A DNA stretch of 64,000 nt, from sequence record NC_070872.1. One strand, written 5' to 3'. Made by a program: the position numbers and the translations under genes. Shown piece after piece: positions 9,082-19,345 of this stretch. The DNA comes from Escherichia phage U1G. The notes beneath the pieces were generated by a model. That model made no database searches, was not told where the DNA came from, and worked only from the letters and a program-made list of their open reading frames with translations. Each line of letters opens with the position of its first letter. The first letter of the stretch is position 1.

Positions 9082-9338
9082 ATATTCATAATCTGCATTT
9101 GGTTAAGAAGCTGTATGAAGAGTACAACGATAACCGACAGCAATTAGCTAGTCTGAAGAAGGCTCCTCATATGATAAAAGTAACTTTCTGTGATACAGAT
9201 TTAGGGATACAAGCTCGTGCGAGCATATACCCTAAATTGATAGCATTTTATCAAAAGAAGGTTGATGACTTAGAGAAACGCCTGAAGCATTTAGGGGTGG
9301 ATCTATCTGTACTACCTGAAGAAGAGGAAGAAGAGTGA
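9078..9338 (+). CDS. hypothetical protein
   Basis: ORF; 4-nt overlap. Confidence 0.5.
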   Translation: MNIHNLHLVKKLYEEYNDNRQQLASLKKAPHMIKVTFCDTDLGIQARASIYPKLIAFYQKKVDDLEKRLKHLGVDLSVLPEEEEEE

Positions 9339-9520
9339 AATTAACCCAGTCCCAAATTATTTTCCTTCGCATGGTTCAAGGTGGTTCTGCCACCAACAAC
9401 CGTAATAACAAAACCGCACAGTCTCTTAAGAAACTGAGCTTAATACAGTTTAATGCTGGTCTTGGGTGGTCATTAACCCCTACCGGAGTACTTCAACTCA
9501 ACGAGTTAAAAGGTAACTAA
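9335..9520 (+). CDS. hypothetical protein
   Basis: ORF; 4-nt overlap. Confidence 0.45.
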   Translation: MKLTQSQIIFLRMVQGGSATNNRNNKTAQSLKKLSLIQFNAGLGWSLTPTGVLQLNELKGN

Positions 9521-9847
9521 ATGAAAACTTTAATTGCTGTTGCTGTAGTAGCTTTATCAGTTCTGTCATTCAGTGCTCAAGCATCAAGCCGTGAAACTCT
9601 GTTAGACGCTGCTGCCGACTACAAAGCCAATAATGCAAACTTTGTGAACCAGGGTTACTTCATGGGCATGGTTACTATGGGTGTAGAGTCAGGAAATAAT
9701 TGTGTACCGGAGAATATGAAGTTAGGAGCCATATTTGACAGAGTAGCTTCTATTATCCTGTATGACCGAAAGGTTAATGCAACGAAAAAACCGTCAGATA
9801 TGATTCTGATGGCAATTGATACAGCATACCCATGTATTAAATCTTAA
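9521..9847 (+). CDS. secreted/periplasmic protein with signal peptide
   Basis: N-terminus MKTLIAVAVVALSVLSFSAQASS. Confidence 0.5.
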   Translation: MKTLIAVAVVALSVLSFSAQASSRETLLDAAADYKANNANFVNQGYFMGMVTMGVESGNNCVPENMKLGAIFDRVASIILYDRKVNATKKPSDMILMAIDTAYPCIKS

Positions 9848-9881
9848 TTAGTAATTCCATTAACTTTAGGAGAGTAAGTAA

Positions 9882-10195
9882 ATGGCGAGCATTGACTCAC
9901 TGACCGTATGTAATACACGTCAGGCCCGTAACTTTATTATCCGTGCCCTGCAAGCAGGTAACGTACCGTTCCTGACTTCATCACCAGGCATGGGTAAATC
10001 TGCAATTATTCGTTCTGTTGCAGAAGAATTTGGTATGAAGCTGATAGACCATCGTCTGTCTACTTCTGCCCCAGAAGACTTGTCAGGCCTACCATTCCGT
10101 AATGGTGACCATGCAGAGTTTATTCCTTTCGCTGATTTATTCCCTATTGAAGGGGATGAAATACCAGAAGGGTATAATGGTTGGCTCTTGTTCCT
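9882..10195 (+). CDS. MoxR-like AAA+ ATPase, exon 1
   Basis: Walker A SSPGMGKS; reading ends ...GWLLFL at predicted 5' splice site; frame stops 2 codons later inside the intron. Confidence 0.65.
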
Positions 10196-11077
10196 TAACT
10201 AACGGGGCTTCATGAGAGTAATCTCATGTCGAAAGTTACCTAAACAGGGAACCTCTTCTAATCTGGTTGGCTCAGGTGTATACTTGAGTTTTAATCAATT
10301 GGAGACAATCCTGTGCTAAATAATGAAATTTGGAAAGATGTGCCCGACTTACCGTATGAAGTTTCCAACTTTGGCGTAGTACGCCGAAAAGAAGGAAAGT
10401 ATAAATACAAAAATAGGACACACATAAAACCGTATCTTAATAACAAAGGGTACTACTGCGTGAACCTGTACATGAATAGTAAAGTGTACAAATACCAAGT
10501 TCACCGTCTAGTAGGGTTAGCCTTTGTACCAAACCCTAATAACTATCCTATCGTTAATCATATAGATGGAAACCCTCTTAATAACCACGAGAGTAACCTG
10601 GAATGGTGTACCCAGTCTCACAACATGAAACATGCTTGGGATACTGGACTGCAATCAAACAGGCACGCTAATGCTAGTAATAAGAATCGTGGAGGCTCAT
10701 CCAAATACGTAGGTGTATCCTGGAGTGAGCAAAGACAAAGATGGTGTGCCCATATAAGGGTTAACAAGAAATCTATTGGTTTGGGGCGTTACAAAACAGA
10801 GGAAGAAGCTGCCAAAGCCTATGACTCCTATGTAACTAATAACAATCTTATACAGATTGGATACAGTACCAATTTCATTTAAACGCCAAACGACTATCGA
10901 AAACACGCAGCAATGCGGAAGTGAGTAGAGTAGGGTGCAAGCCAATGGCACTCGAAACGGTAACAGCCCTAGTAATAGGGCTTTGATATAGTCTCCTCTG
11001 CATGGTGACATGCAGCAGTCAGTATTCACTGAGTGTACTGACGGCATTAGTAGTTGCGAACTAATGTGAAGATAATG
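10196..11077 (+). mobile_element. group I intron (td-like, subgroup IA2) carrying an HNH endonuclease ORF
   Basis: 5' region CTAAACAGGGAACCTCT...GACAATCCTGTGCTAAAT and 3' core GAGTAGGGTGCAAG...CTCGAAACGG...GATATAGTCTCCTCTGCATGGTGACATGCAGC closely match the T4 td intron as recalled; ends ...GATAATG (terminal G); splice boundaries +/- a few nt. Confidence 0.7.
10313..10882 (+). CDS. intron-encoded HNH homing endonuclease (GTG start)
   Basis: HRLVGLAFVPNP...VNHIDGNPLNNHESNLEWCTQSHN HNH motif, C-terminal AP2-like YVGVSW...WCAHIRVNKKSIGLGRYKTEEEAAKAY; GGAG 8 nt upstream of GTG. Confidence 0.8.
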   Translation: MLNNEIWKDVPDLPYEVSNFGVVRRKEGKYKYKNRTHIKPYLNNKGYYCVNLYMNSKVYKYQVHRLVGLAFVPNPNNYPIVNHIDGNPLNNHESNLEWCTQSHNMKHAWDTGLQSNRHANASNKNRGGSSKYVGVSWSEQRQRWCAHIRVNKKSIGLGRYKTEEEAAKAYDSYVTNNNLIQIGYSTNFI

Positions 11078-11816
11078 CGATGAGTTCAACTCAGCCAGAA
11101 AAGAAGTAGTAGCTGCTGCATATAAACTCATACTAGACCGTATGACTGGTCAGAAAAAACTTCATCCTAATGTGATGATTATATGTGCTGGTAACAAAGC
11201 TACTGACCGAGCCATTGTTAACCCACTGGGTACTGCAATGCAGTCTCGTGTTGTCCACTTTGAAATGGAACTTAACTTCGACATCTTTGTTGAAGACGTG
11301 ATGATTCCATTTGAATGGGATGAGCGTCTGGTTGCATTCTTACATGCTAACCCGGGTTATCTGCATGACTTCGACCCAGCACATAAGAACAAAACGTTCT
11401 GTTGTCCCCGTACCTGGGACTTTGTTAACAAAGACCTCAAGAACCGTCCTGAAGGTGCTCTACCTGACGAAGATTCTATCTACTACGCAGGGCACGTTAC
11501 TGCTGGTAAGGCTACAGAGTTTGTTCAGTTTACACAGGTGTACAATCGTATGATTACGATTGAGAAGGTAGTCAAAGACCCTCTGGGCTGTGCACTACCG
11601 GAAGATAACAACCTGTGCTGGGCTACCGTTAACCATTTGGCTAATAAAACTACTGAAGAAAACTTCTCTGATGTTCTTCAGTACATTGAACGATTTAAAA
11701 CGTTCACTCATAAGATTCTGTACTTCCGTACAGTAGGCAGAGCATTGCCAGAACTTCAGGCTACCCCTGAATGGCGTAAGGCTGCTTCCAATATCTCTCG
11801 TTACATTCACGGATAA
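11078..11816 (+). CDS. MoxR-like AAA+ ATPase, exon 2
   Basis: Begins in-frame with DEFNSA (Walker B with exon 1: LLFLDEFNSA), then sensor-1-like IICAGN; spliced product ~350 aa. Confidence 0.65.
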
Positions 11817-11823
11817 TCACAAC

Positions 11824-12998
11824 ATGAACCAGATACCTCAGCACACACTTAGTGATGAACAACTCATGCGTGAGTATGACCGTATTCAGGCGCAGGCATT
11901 TCTCGGACGTAGTGCAGCATTTTTTGGTTCATTACTGTGTAGTCTTAAGTTCTCATGGAAACGTGAAGACTGCCCCACTGCATGTACTGATGGAATAGAA
12001 CTCCATTTCAACCCAGACTTCTTTATCTGGATGTGTCCAGATGCAAGAGAAACAGTGCTAATGCACGAACTCTGGCATGTGGCATATCTGCATGGCATCC
12101 GTCGTGGAAGCCGTGACCCAGAGGTCTGGAACCAGGCATGTGACCACTTCATTAATCTTCAGTTAGAAGAAGATGGATATAAGTTCACTGGTATCGACAA
12201 AGGCATTTGCAAAGACCCTCAATACAAAGGGTGGGTCGAAGAAGACATCTACGATGACCTGATGAAGAACCCTCAGAAAAGGCAGAAGCCGTCAGGGGTG
12301 CTGGAGCAGGTCTTGCTGGTGACATGAAATCTCCCACTTCGGGGCAGTCCCAGGGTGCTGTCGTCAACAACGTAGTACGAGCAATGCAGAGCCAGAAAAT
12401 GGCTGGTGGACAGATGCCCGGTAAGGGTGCTGGTCGTATGGAAGAGGTTATTACCCAATTCCTTAAACCAGTGGTTCCATGGCAGGAAGTCCTCATGAAC
12501 TTCTTTACCGACATTGACGATACTCATTATACGTGGGCCAGACCTAACCGTCGTTTTACTGACATCTATCTACCTTCCATGGAAGATGATGAAGGACGCT
12601 TACGACACTTAGCCTACTTTGAAGATGTATCTGGTTCTATTAGTAGTGCAGATTCTCTGCGATTTAACTCAGAGGTTGCCTACGTTAAGAGCCAGTTCAA
12701 TCCTAAGAAGATGTCCCTAATTACCTTCGACGATATTATTCAAGAAGAGATAGACATCACTGAAGAAGATACTTTTGAAGAGATTAAGATTACTGGTCGT
12801 GGTGGTACAAACCTGGAACCAGTACGTGATTGGATTATTAAGAATAAGCCAACCGCTGCAATCATATTCTCTGATATGTATGTTCGTCCTATGGAAGAAT
12901 TACCATTTGATATTCCTATCATCTGGTGTGTTCTGAATAATCCCAATGCTACCGTACCTTTTGGGGAGGTAGTTCATATCCCTAAAGGAATGAAATAA
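11824..12998 (+). CDS. putative metallopeptidase + vWA-domain protein (DUF2201-like MoxR partner); two ORFs in this assembly
   Basis: HELWH (HExxH) in N-part; MIDAS-like DVSGSIS in C-part; the second frame is open from 12258 with a Gly-rich linker; +1 nt at A4 (12277-12280) or G4 (12295-12298) fuses the ORFs. Confidence 0.5.
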
Positions 12999-13504
12999 TG
13001 GTTGTTAATGGTAATTCTCTATACTGTTCATCTCAGTTGCTGGATATCCCAGACCGCAAGATATCAGAGCACGGTGTAAGCTATGGATTGGGTGAAGCTG
13101 GTTACGATATTCGTATCAAACAAGATATTACCTTCTATCGCTTATTTGGGTTGATTCCAATGGTGAAGGTCGTTGATGGAAACAAAGTATCACGCCATCT
13201 CGGTAAATTCACCTTGGCTTCAGCAATTGAGAAGTTCAACATGTCTCCGTCCTGCGTAGCCATCGTTCATGATAAGTCTACATGGGCAAGACGTGCATTA
13301 TCAGTGTTCAATACCGTAATAGAACCAGGATGGAAAGGGTATCTTACCCTCGAACTGGTCTACCATGGTCGTAAGAAATTGCATATCCCGGCTGGTGCTG
13401 GGATAGCTCAAGTATTATTTCATCTGGTTCAGGAACCTGCTAATTACAATGGCAAGTATCAGAACCAGGAAGATAAACCAGTAGCTGCTAGAAGCAGTAA
13501 ATAA
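12998..13504 (+). CDS. dCTP deaminase/dUTPase-superfamily protein
   Basis: KSTWARRAL and IEPGWKGYLTLEL resemble dCTP deaminase motifs. Confidence 0.45.
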   Translation: MVVNGNSLYCSSQLLDIPDRKISEHGVSYGLGEAGYDIRIKQDITFYRLFGLIPMVKVVDGNKVSRHLGKFTLASAIEKFNMSPSCVAIVHDKSTWARRALSVFNTVIEPGWKGYLTLELVYHGRKKLHIPAGAGIAQVLFHLVQEPANYNGKYQNQEDKPVAARSSK

Positions 13505-13513
13505 GGAAAACCC

Positions 13514-13723
13514 ATGTCAGTATTTCAAGTAACTCATGCAACCTCAGAAGTACGCTTAACTATTAATGCTGCAAATGTAATTGCGGTGGAACAGATTCCA
13601 CTGTCTGATTGTGCACGTATTGTATTTGTAAATGATAGTGCTATGGAAACCAAAGAAACCTATCGTTCAGTACGTAATTATCTGAAGAAAGCTCTTGCTC
13701 CTGCAAGTAAAGATGCTGAGTAA
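13514..13723 (+). CDS. hypothetical protein
   Basis: ORF. Confidence 0.5.
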   Translation: MSVFQVTHATSEVRLTINAANVIAVEQIPLSDCARIVFVNDSAMETKETYRSVRNYLKKALAPASKDAE

Positions 13724-13735
13724 GTAGCTGCCTAA

Positions 13736-13761
13736 ATAGCCCAGCATAGTTGGGCTATTTG
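13736..13761 (+). terminator. putative terminator
   Basis: atagccca-loop-tgggctat followed by TTGTG (weak T tract). Confidence 0.35.
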
Positions 13762-14039
13762 TGAAGAAACTAACTCAACCCCACATAGGAACCATCATGG
13801 AATCTTTAGCAGCAATCCTTGTTTTCTTATTCATATTAGCTGTATACCTCATCCCTACTATCATTGCTTTTGCACGAGGCCATGCCTCCAAGTGGGGAAT
13901 TGGTGTGCTCAATATTGTATTAGGCTGGTCTTTAGTCTTCTGGGTAGTAGCACTCATTTGGTCACTGTCCAACAAAGGTCAGAACCAAGTTACAAACGTA
14001 ACTGTTGTTCAAACCAATGGTGGCAGTAAAGCGGAGTAA
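13761..14039 (+). CDS. membrane protein (two TM helices)
   Basis: LAAILVFLFILAVYLIPTIIAF and LNIVLGWSLVFWVVALIW. Confidence 0.55.
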   Translation: MKKLTQPHIGTIMESLAAILVFLFILAVYLIPTIIAFARGHASKWGIGVLNIVLGWSLVFWVVALIWSLSNKGQNQVTNVTVVQTNGGSKAE

Positions 14040-14114
14040 CTAACCTAAGCATCATTGCATAGTGGTGCTTGTGGAAGTTACTTCCAGCTCATTGCTTATC
14101 CATCTCCTAACCCA

Positions 14115-14141
14115 AGCCCACCTAACCCGTGGGCTTTTTTA
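14115..14141 (+). terminator. rho-independent terminator
   Basis: agcccac-loop-gtgggct followed by TTTTTT. Confidence 0.55.
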
Positions 14142-14156
14142 TTTACAGGTACTGTT

Positions 14157-14387
14157 ATGTTTCAAAATAGACGAGGTAAATCAGTCCTACATGATATGGA
14201 CTTTAGTAAGCTGGAAGAAAGGCTAATTGCACACGCAGGCATTCATGACTCAGTAGATGTTACTGTTTCTAAGGTTGAATTAAAGAATCTGGAGAATATG
14301 CTCTCCAAGATGAAACAAACATTAATTCATGGATGGTCAGGTAGGCAGGTATTTGTTGATACTTACATTCCCCGGAACCTCATCTGA
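14157..14387 (+). CDS. hypothetical protein (start after the terminator; longest ORF begins 14055)
   Basis: Terminator sits inside the 5' part of the longest ORF; internal ATG follows it. Confidence 0.4.
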   Translation: MFQNRRGKSVLHDMDFSKLEERLIAHAGIHDSVDVTVSKVELKNLENMLSKMKQTLIHGWSGRQVFVDTYIPRNLI

Positions 14388-14553
14388 AATCTAAGGTAGA
14401 CAGGATCATAGATAAGTTCTGGCTTAACCCATGCGGCGATGATACACAACTTTACCTGGCTCAAATACAAAAGAATCCACGTACTAAGGATGTATTCAAA
14501 GGAAAGAGCACTACTCATCATTACCCCTGGTATAGAAGAGGTAGTAAATACTA

Positions 14554-14997
14554 ATGCGTATCCCATTCCTACGGAAAAGGGAACGAAATCCTATTCTTTA
14601 TAATAAAGGCATAGAGGATGAGTATGAACTCAACCGTAAAGCTCGTTCCTACACAACAAAATTATTCATGGGGTCTAACAACCCTGATAGGTTATTGGAC
14701 TTTGTTTTTGAGCAAGTCTTTATCATATACAGCTTAGCTATGTCTGCTGGTTCACAAGAAGTAAGTGATAAGGCAAGAGATGCTCTCTGTATGCTTCGTA
14801 GGGAGTATGAAGCCCTTATGTATGAAGACTTGTACTCCTTTAAAAAAGAAACCGCTGTAGCGTGCTCTGTGGCCCTTACCGAAGGTATAGCAGTATTACA
14901 GGAACTACCCCGTAGTGAGTTTAAGCTGGTATATGTTCAGGTTAAGAAGATTACAGAAAACCGTAGTGGTATCACCAACTATCTAAGGTCATTCTAA
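14554..14997 (+). CDS. hypothetical protein
   Basis: ORF. Confidence 0.5.
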   Translation: MRIPFLRKRERNPILYNKGIEDEYELNRKARSYTTKLFMGSNNPDRLLDFVFEQVFIIYSLAMSAGSQEVSDKARDALCMLRREYEALMYEDLYSFKKETAVACSVALTEGIAVLQELPRSEFKLVYVQVKKITENRSGITNYLRSF

Positions 14998-15941
14998 TGA
15001 TTAAGGCAACTGTCATTGCAGATTCCGTTCACCCAGAAACAGGAACTCGTATTACTACCTTTGAATTGGTTTATCCCCGATTCATTCACAGTGAGTTTAT
15101 GACCCACCGAGTATTCAACCGTAATGCTTCAAGCAGTCGTGCTATTCCCACAGCTAAGTTCATCGAACAAGTTCGTAATGAACCAGTGATGCCAAGTCAC
15201 TGGGGTAAGAACCAGAAAGGTATGCAAGCAGACGAAGAACTCACTCCCATGGAGATTGAGGATGCTAAGTTTATCTGGGATAACGCTGCATCTGCTGCTG
15301 CTGTGTATGCTGAACAGCTACGACGTGGGCAAGTACATAAGCAAATTGTTAACCGTATTCTGGAACCATTCACGCATATTCGTGTGGTGGTAACTTCAAC
15401 TAGCTGGGCTAACTTCTATGGCTTACGTGACCATGAGGATGCTCAACCGGAAATTCGTTTACTGGCTCAGGCCATGAAGAAGGCTCATGAAGAATCTGTT
15501 CCGCAAAAGCTCAAGAAAGGTGACTGGCATCTGCCTTATATTCGCAGTGTTGATTGTGCTAATGCTTACAATCATTGCAAATATCAACGAATTACTCGTG
15601 ATGAGCCAAGTAATGAAGAAATTTTAGGCTTGCTGCTTAAAGTCTCTGCTGCTCGCTGTGCCCGTGCTTCTTATAACAACTTCGAAGGTAAGCCATCTAC
15701 TATCAGCGATGACCTTGACCTGTTTGCTAAGTTGGTAGAAAAACAACCAATTCATGCTTCACCTACTGAGCATCAGGCTACGCCTATGAACCTTGGTGAA
15801 AAGTACGTGAATAACATGAACCCAGTTACATGGGAACAAGGTGTTACATCCATGGATAAAGAAGGGAATCTGTACTCAGGTAATCTGCTTCACTTTATTC
15901 AATTCCGTAAGTTAATCCCCGGTGAAACTATTACTGAATGA
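14997..15941 (+). CDS. thyX: flavin-dependent thymidylate synthase ThyX-like
   Basis: THRVFNRNASSSR resembles the ThyX RHR-x7-S signature. Confidence 0.5.
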   Translation: MIKATVIADSVHPETGTRITTFELVYPRFIHSEFMTHRVFNRNASSSRAIPTAKFIEQVRNEPVMPSHWGKNQKGMQADEELTPMEIEDAKFIWDNAASAAAVYAEQLRRGQVHKQIVNRILEPFTHIRVVVTSTSWANFYGLRDHEDAQPEIRLLAQAMKKAHEESVPQKLKKGDWHLPYIRSVDCANAYNHCKYQRITRDEPSNEEILGLLLKVSAARCARASYNNFEGKPSTISDDLDLFAKLVEKQPIHASPTEHQATPMNLGEKYVNNMNPVTWEQGVTSMDKEGNLYSGNLLHFIQFRKLIPGETITE

Positions 15942-15954
15942 TACAGTAAACCTA

Positions 15955-15981
15955 AGACCTCCTCCGGGAGGTCTTTTTTGG
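15955..15981 (+). terminator. rho-independent terminator
   Basis: agacctcc-TCCG-ggaggtct followed by TTTTTT. Confidence 0.6.
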
Positions 15982-16008
15982 TTTCAATTAACTCTTTTGG
16001 GAGGGCAT

Positions 16009-16221
16009 ATGCCTGCTAAATACCGTATCAAAGACACACCTGTAATGTGTGAGGGTGAGAAGGGTGACATTGTGTATGCCTGTACCCAGGATGATTTCAA
16101 TGCTGCTCTGATGTTAACCCAGATGACAAATACACTGCATGTATCAGTGACACTGGACCCTACCGGTGACTATCCATGTTTCCCTATTCCTGCCCACAAC
16201 CTGGAGCAAATTCATGATTAA
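16009..16221 (+). CDS. hypothetical protein
   Basis: ATG after GGGAGGG; longest ORF starts upstream, inside the terminator. Confidence 0.45.
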   Translation: MPAKYRIKDTPVMCEGEKGDIVYACTQDDFNAALMLTQMTNTLHVSVTLDPTGDYPCFPIPAHNLEQIHD

Positions 16222-16543
16222 TCCTGAAGTAATTCATAGTAAAACCGGTAAGGCTATTCCACTTAGTGAGATTGCAGTTACGGGTGATATTGCTGCTTGC
16301 CCTGCAAATATTGCTTCTCTATGTATGTGCATTGCTGCGCTGGCAGAGGAACGTAAGTTATGGCTGGAACCAAGTAAAGAAATGATCCAAGCCGGTTTGT
16401 CTGAAGTACAACGTATACTTGATGAATGGGATGATGAAGGTCACATTCAATTAGGGCACGGTAATGATCCAGTTAGTGATGACCAAGCAGCAGACCTGGC
16501 TGTATTCGTACTACAAGCAATGGCGGAGAAACGAAATGGCTAA
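16213..16543 (+). CDS. hypothetical protein
   Basis: ATGA overlap with upstream stop. Confidence 0.45.
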
Positions 16544-16730
16544 CGCTACAGTAAAAAGCAAAAACCAATACTCCATCACTATTGATGGTCTATCTAAAGA
16601 AGATTTACTAATTCTGGCTAGTTTTATGCAAAACAGTCCTTTTGGTTACAATCCTCATGAAGAACCAGAAAAAGAACGGGAATTGCGTAAAGAAATCTTT
16701 GAAGCCTGTAAATCAGCATTAGATTCTTAA
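16536..16730 (+). CDS. hypothetical protein
   Basis: ATGGCTAA overlap with upstream stop. Confidence 0.45.
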   Translation: MANATVKSKNQYSITIDGLSKEDLLILASFMQNSPFGYNPHEEPEKERELRKEIFEACKSALDS

Positions 16731-16773
16731 TAGTCATAACCAAGAAGCAACATTTAATCTGGAGAGTAAATAA

Positions 16774-19341
16774 ATGTTAGTTGCAGATACCAATGAAGTA
16801 GCTACCTCAGCGACACTGGGTGGCAAAGAAACAATTGCCTTTGGCATCTCTGATGACCCGGCATTCTTTCATGTACTAAGTACTTCCTTGTATAACAATC
16901 CTACTTTAGCAGTAGTCCGTGAGACTATCTGTAACAGTTGGGATGCTCATATTGAAGCAGGTAAGACTGATACTCCTATTCGTATTACTATTGATACAGA
17001 CAACTTTATTACCTTCCGTGACTTCGGTAACGGTATCCCTGATGAACTCATTGGCTCCATTTATGGTGTCTATGGTGCATCTACTAAGAAATCCAACAGT
17101 AGTGCTACTGGTGGTTTTGGTCTGGGATGTAAATCCCCATTCGCTTATACGGACAGCTTCCAGGTTACTTCATGGAACCTGGGAAAGATGTCGGTATATA
17201 ACATAGCTAAAGCTGCGATTGAGAATGATGGTAAGCCTGGAATTGTTCCTATTGTTACTAATATTCCTACTGAGGAATCTGGGCTGGAAGTTAAATTCCA
17301 GTTAGGCAAGCATGATGTAAATACCTTTGTACATTACATCACATCAATAGTATTTAACGGTGAGATTAAAGCTGAACTTAGTATCCCTAAACTCGTTAAA
17401 ACGGAAGAAGGTAATAGTATTCAGCAAGGTGACTACACTCTACTGAATACACTGGGCATGTCATTTGAACCTGGTTCCTATGATATGTCCGATAGCTGGT
17501 ATCAAGGCTATATGGGTAACAGTAATCTATTTGTTCGTTACGGTAACGTAATGTACCCAATAGTATCTAGCCCAGCTAGTGAAGAGGCTGTTGGTCTTAT
17601 TCTCAACTTCATGAATATCATTGGTGCTGATAATTTAGTAGTTCAGGCTGCACCAGATACACTAGCTATTGCTCCTAGTCGAGAAACACTGTCTAACCAG
17701 AAGTTAACCGACGATGGTATTACTACTCTATGTGTAGATTTAGTAGACCGTATGGAGAAGGAAATTAAGGCTAAGATTCCTGAAGCTATTAAGCAGGTTG
17801 AGGAATATGCTTCTAAATCCTCTACCCGCTTTTGGGAATATCCACCTTTCCTGCTTGCTGTTACAGACAGAATCGTTCAACGTTATATGTCCTCTAGTTT
17901 GTGGGCTAAGCAACGTAAGCATCACATCAAGCATTGGCGTAATCTATCCAATAAAGCATTATTAGCTCGTCCTGAATATACAGGTCTTAAGAAGCTGTAT
18001 GGTAAGGCTATGCGTGCTCTTAAGGATACTCGCGAAGAAAGTACATACTCCCCATTCCATGAATTAGTATATCGTCATCTACACTTACCTCAGCTTGCTG
18101 CTTTAAAAGCTACTGGTATTAAGTGGTCTGGTTACATAGTGAACCAGGGTAACAGTGTTGACTTGGAGAAGGGTAAACTCGCTGACTACTTTAGGATATT
18201 CCATAACTCTCATCAGAGTATTGGCATATTCACTACCAAGAACGTTGTAGTTACCCGACGTTTATCTGATTGTGCAGACTCTTTCTCATACTTCCCAGAA
18301 TACAACCGAGGTGACCTGGAGCGTACAGCTTTTGTTCACTTAGTTGGTCCTAAGAAGGGTGCAGCAGAAGAAGCTTTAGCTAAGTTCACTGCTATGGGTT
18401 ATCGGGTGATTGACCTTACTCAATATAATGAGTGGGACAAACCAACCAACTACCGCAGAGAGCAGGCTAAGATAGCTGCTGAGAAACGGGCTAAGACAAT
18501 AGCTGCCAATAAAACCAAAGCAGGGGGTAAAACTAATGCTCTGATTTCATTGAATGCAGTTCTTGGTACTACTCCTGTACGTAATAAAAACGGTGATTGG
18601 GAATCTAAGCCGTATATTCAGAAGGAGTTTGCTGACCCAAGTCGTCATGAAAAGTATGGTTTCGTTGAAGTAGAGCATCCTAAGTACTATGTACTGGCTA
18701 ATCAGGTTGGTTCTGGTAGTCCATTAACTGCCAGAATTGGAACCATGTGGAAATGGTATGAGCTATCTGATGAGATGAAAGAAGATACTGTTGTCTGTCG
18801 CAATCAAATCGAAGCTAATAAGGCCAAACGACGAGGTGCTATCCACATTGATGATGTTCGCTTTAATGAGTTGATGTCTGTTATTACCAGTAAGGACTTC
18901 AAGAAATATGTTACTGAACATCGCATCGGTATTCTGGAATACATAGGACTGGATGACAGAGAGTATTGGGAAATCCTTGGCATACTGGGTCTAACGTTCA
19001 AACCATTACAGAATCTGATTTTTAAACCAGAGTATGAATGGGCATACGACTTTCTACGGAATAGACCACATGACAACAAAGAAAAACTTGTTGAAATGGG
19101 TTGCATTAAGTCAGTAGATGACCTAGAGCCATATATAGTGATGACTAATCCACGTAACCATAAGTACTTTGAAATACTTAATGGTTACAAAGAATTATTC
19201 AGCTATAGCTGGGATAAAAATGACATCTTACAGACGCTGGACTTGGGCAGTTTGGTCAAACACCTTAAGAAGAATCCAGAGGATATTCCTGGGTTTAAGT
19301 CCCTCTACCGTAATCGTCTAAATAAACTGAAAGGTAACTAA
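16774..19341 (+). CDS. rIIA: rIIA-like protein (GHKL ATPase domain)
   Basis: N-box NSWDAH, G1 RDFGNGIP, G2 GGFGLGCKS. Confidence 0.65.
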   Translation: MLVADTNEVATSATLGGKETIAFGISDDPAFFHVLSTSLYNNPTLAVVRETICNSWDAHIEAGKTDTPIRITIDTDNFITFRDFGNGIPDELIGSIYGVYGASTKKSNSSATGGFGLGCKSPFAYTDSFQVTSWNLGKMSVYNIAKAAIENDGKPGIVPIVTNIPTEESGLEVKFQLGKHDVNTFVHYITSIVFNGEIKAELSIPKLVKTEEGNSIQQGDYTLLNTLGMSFEPGSYDMSDSWYQGYMGNSNLFVRYGNVMYPIVSSPASEEAVGLILNFMNIIGADNLVVQAAPDTLAIAPSRETLSNQKLTDDGITTLCVDLVDRMEKEIKAKIPEAIKQVEEYASKSSTRFWEYPPFLLAVTDRIVQRYMSSSLWAKQRKHHIKHWRNLSNKALLARPEYTGLKKLYGKAMRALKDTREESTYSPFHELVYRHLHLPQLAALKATGIKWSGYIVNQGNSVDLEKGKLADYFRIFHNSHQSIGIFTTKNVVVTRRLSDCADSFSYFPEYNRGDLERTAFVHLVGPKKGAAEEALAKFTAMGYRVIDLTQYNEWDKPTNYRREQAKIAAEKRAKTIAANKTKAGGKTNALISLNAVLGTTPVRNKNGDWESKPYIQKEFADPSRHEKYGFVEVEHPKYYVLANQVGSGSPLTARIGTMWKWYELSDEMKEDTVVCRNQIEANKAKRRGAIHIDDVRFNELMSVITSKDFKKYVTEHRIGILEYIGLDDREYWEILGILGLTFKPLQNLIFKPEYEWAYDFLRNRPHDNKEKLVEMGCIKSVDDLEPYIVMTNPRNHKYFEILNGYKELFSYSWDKNDILQTLDLGSLVKHLKKNPEDIPGFKSLYRNRLNKLKGN

Positions 19342-19345
19342 TCTG

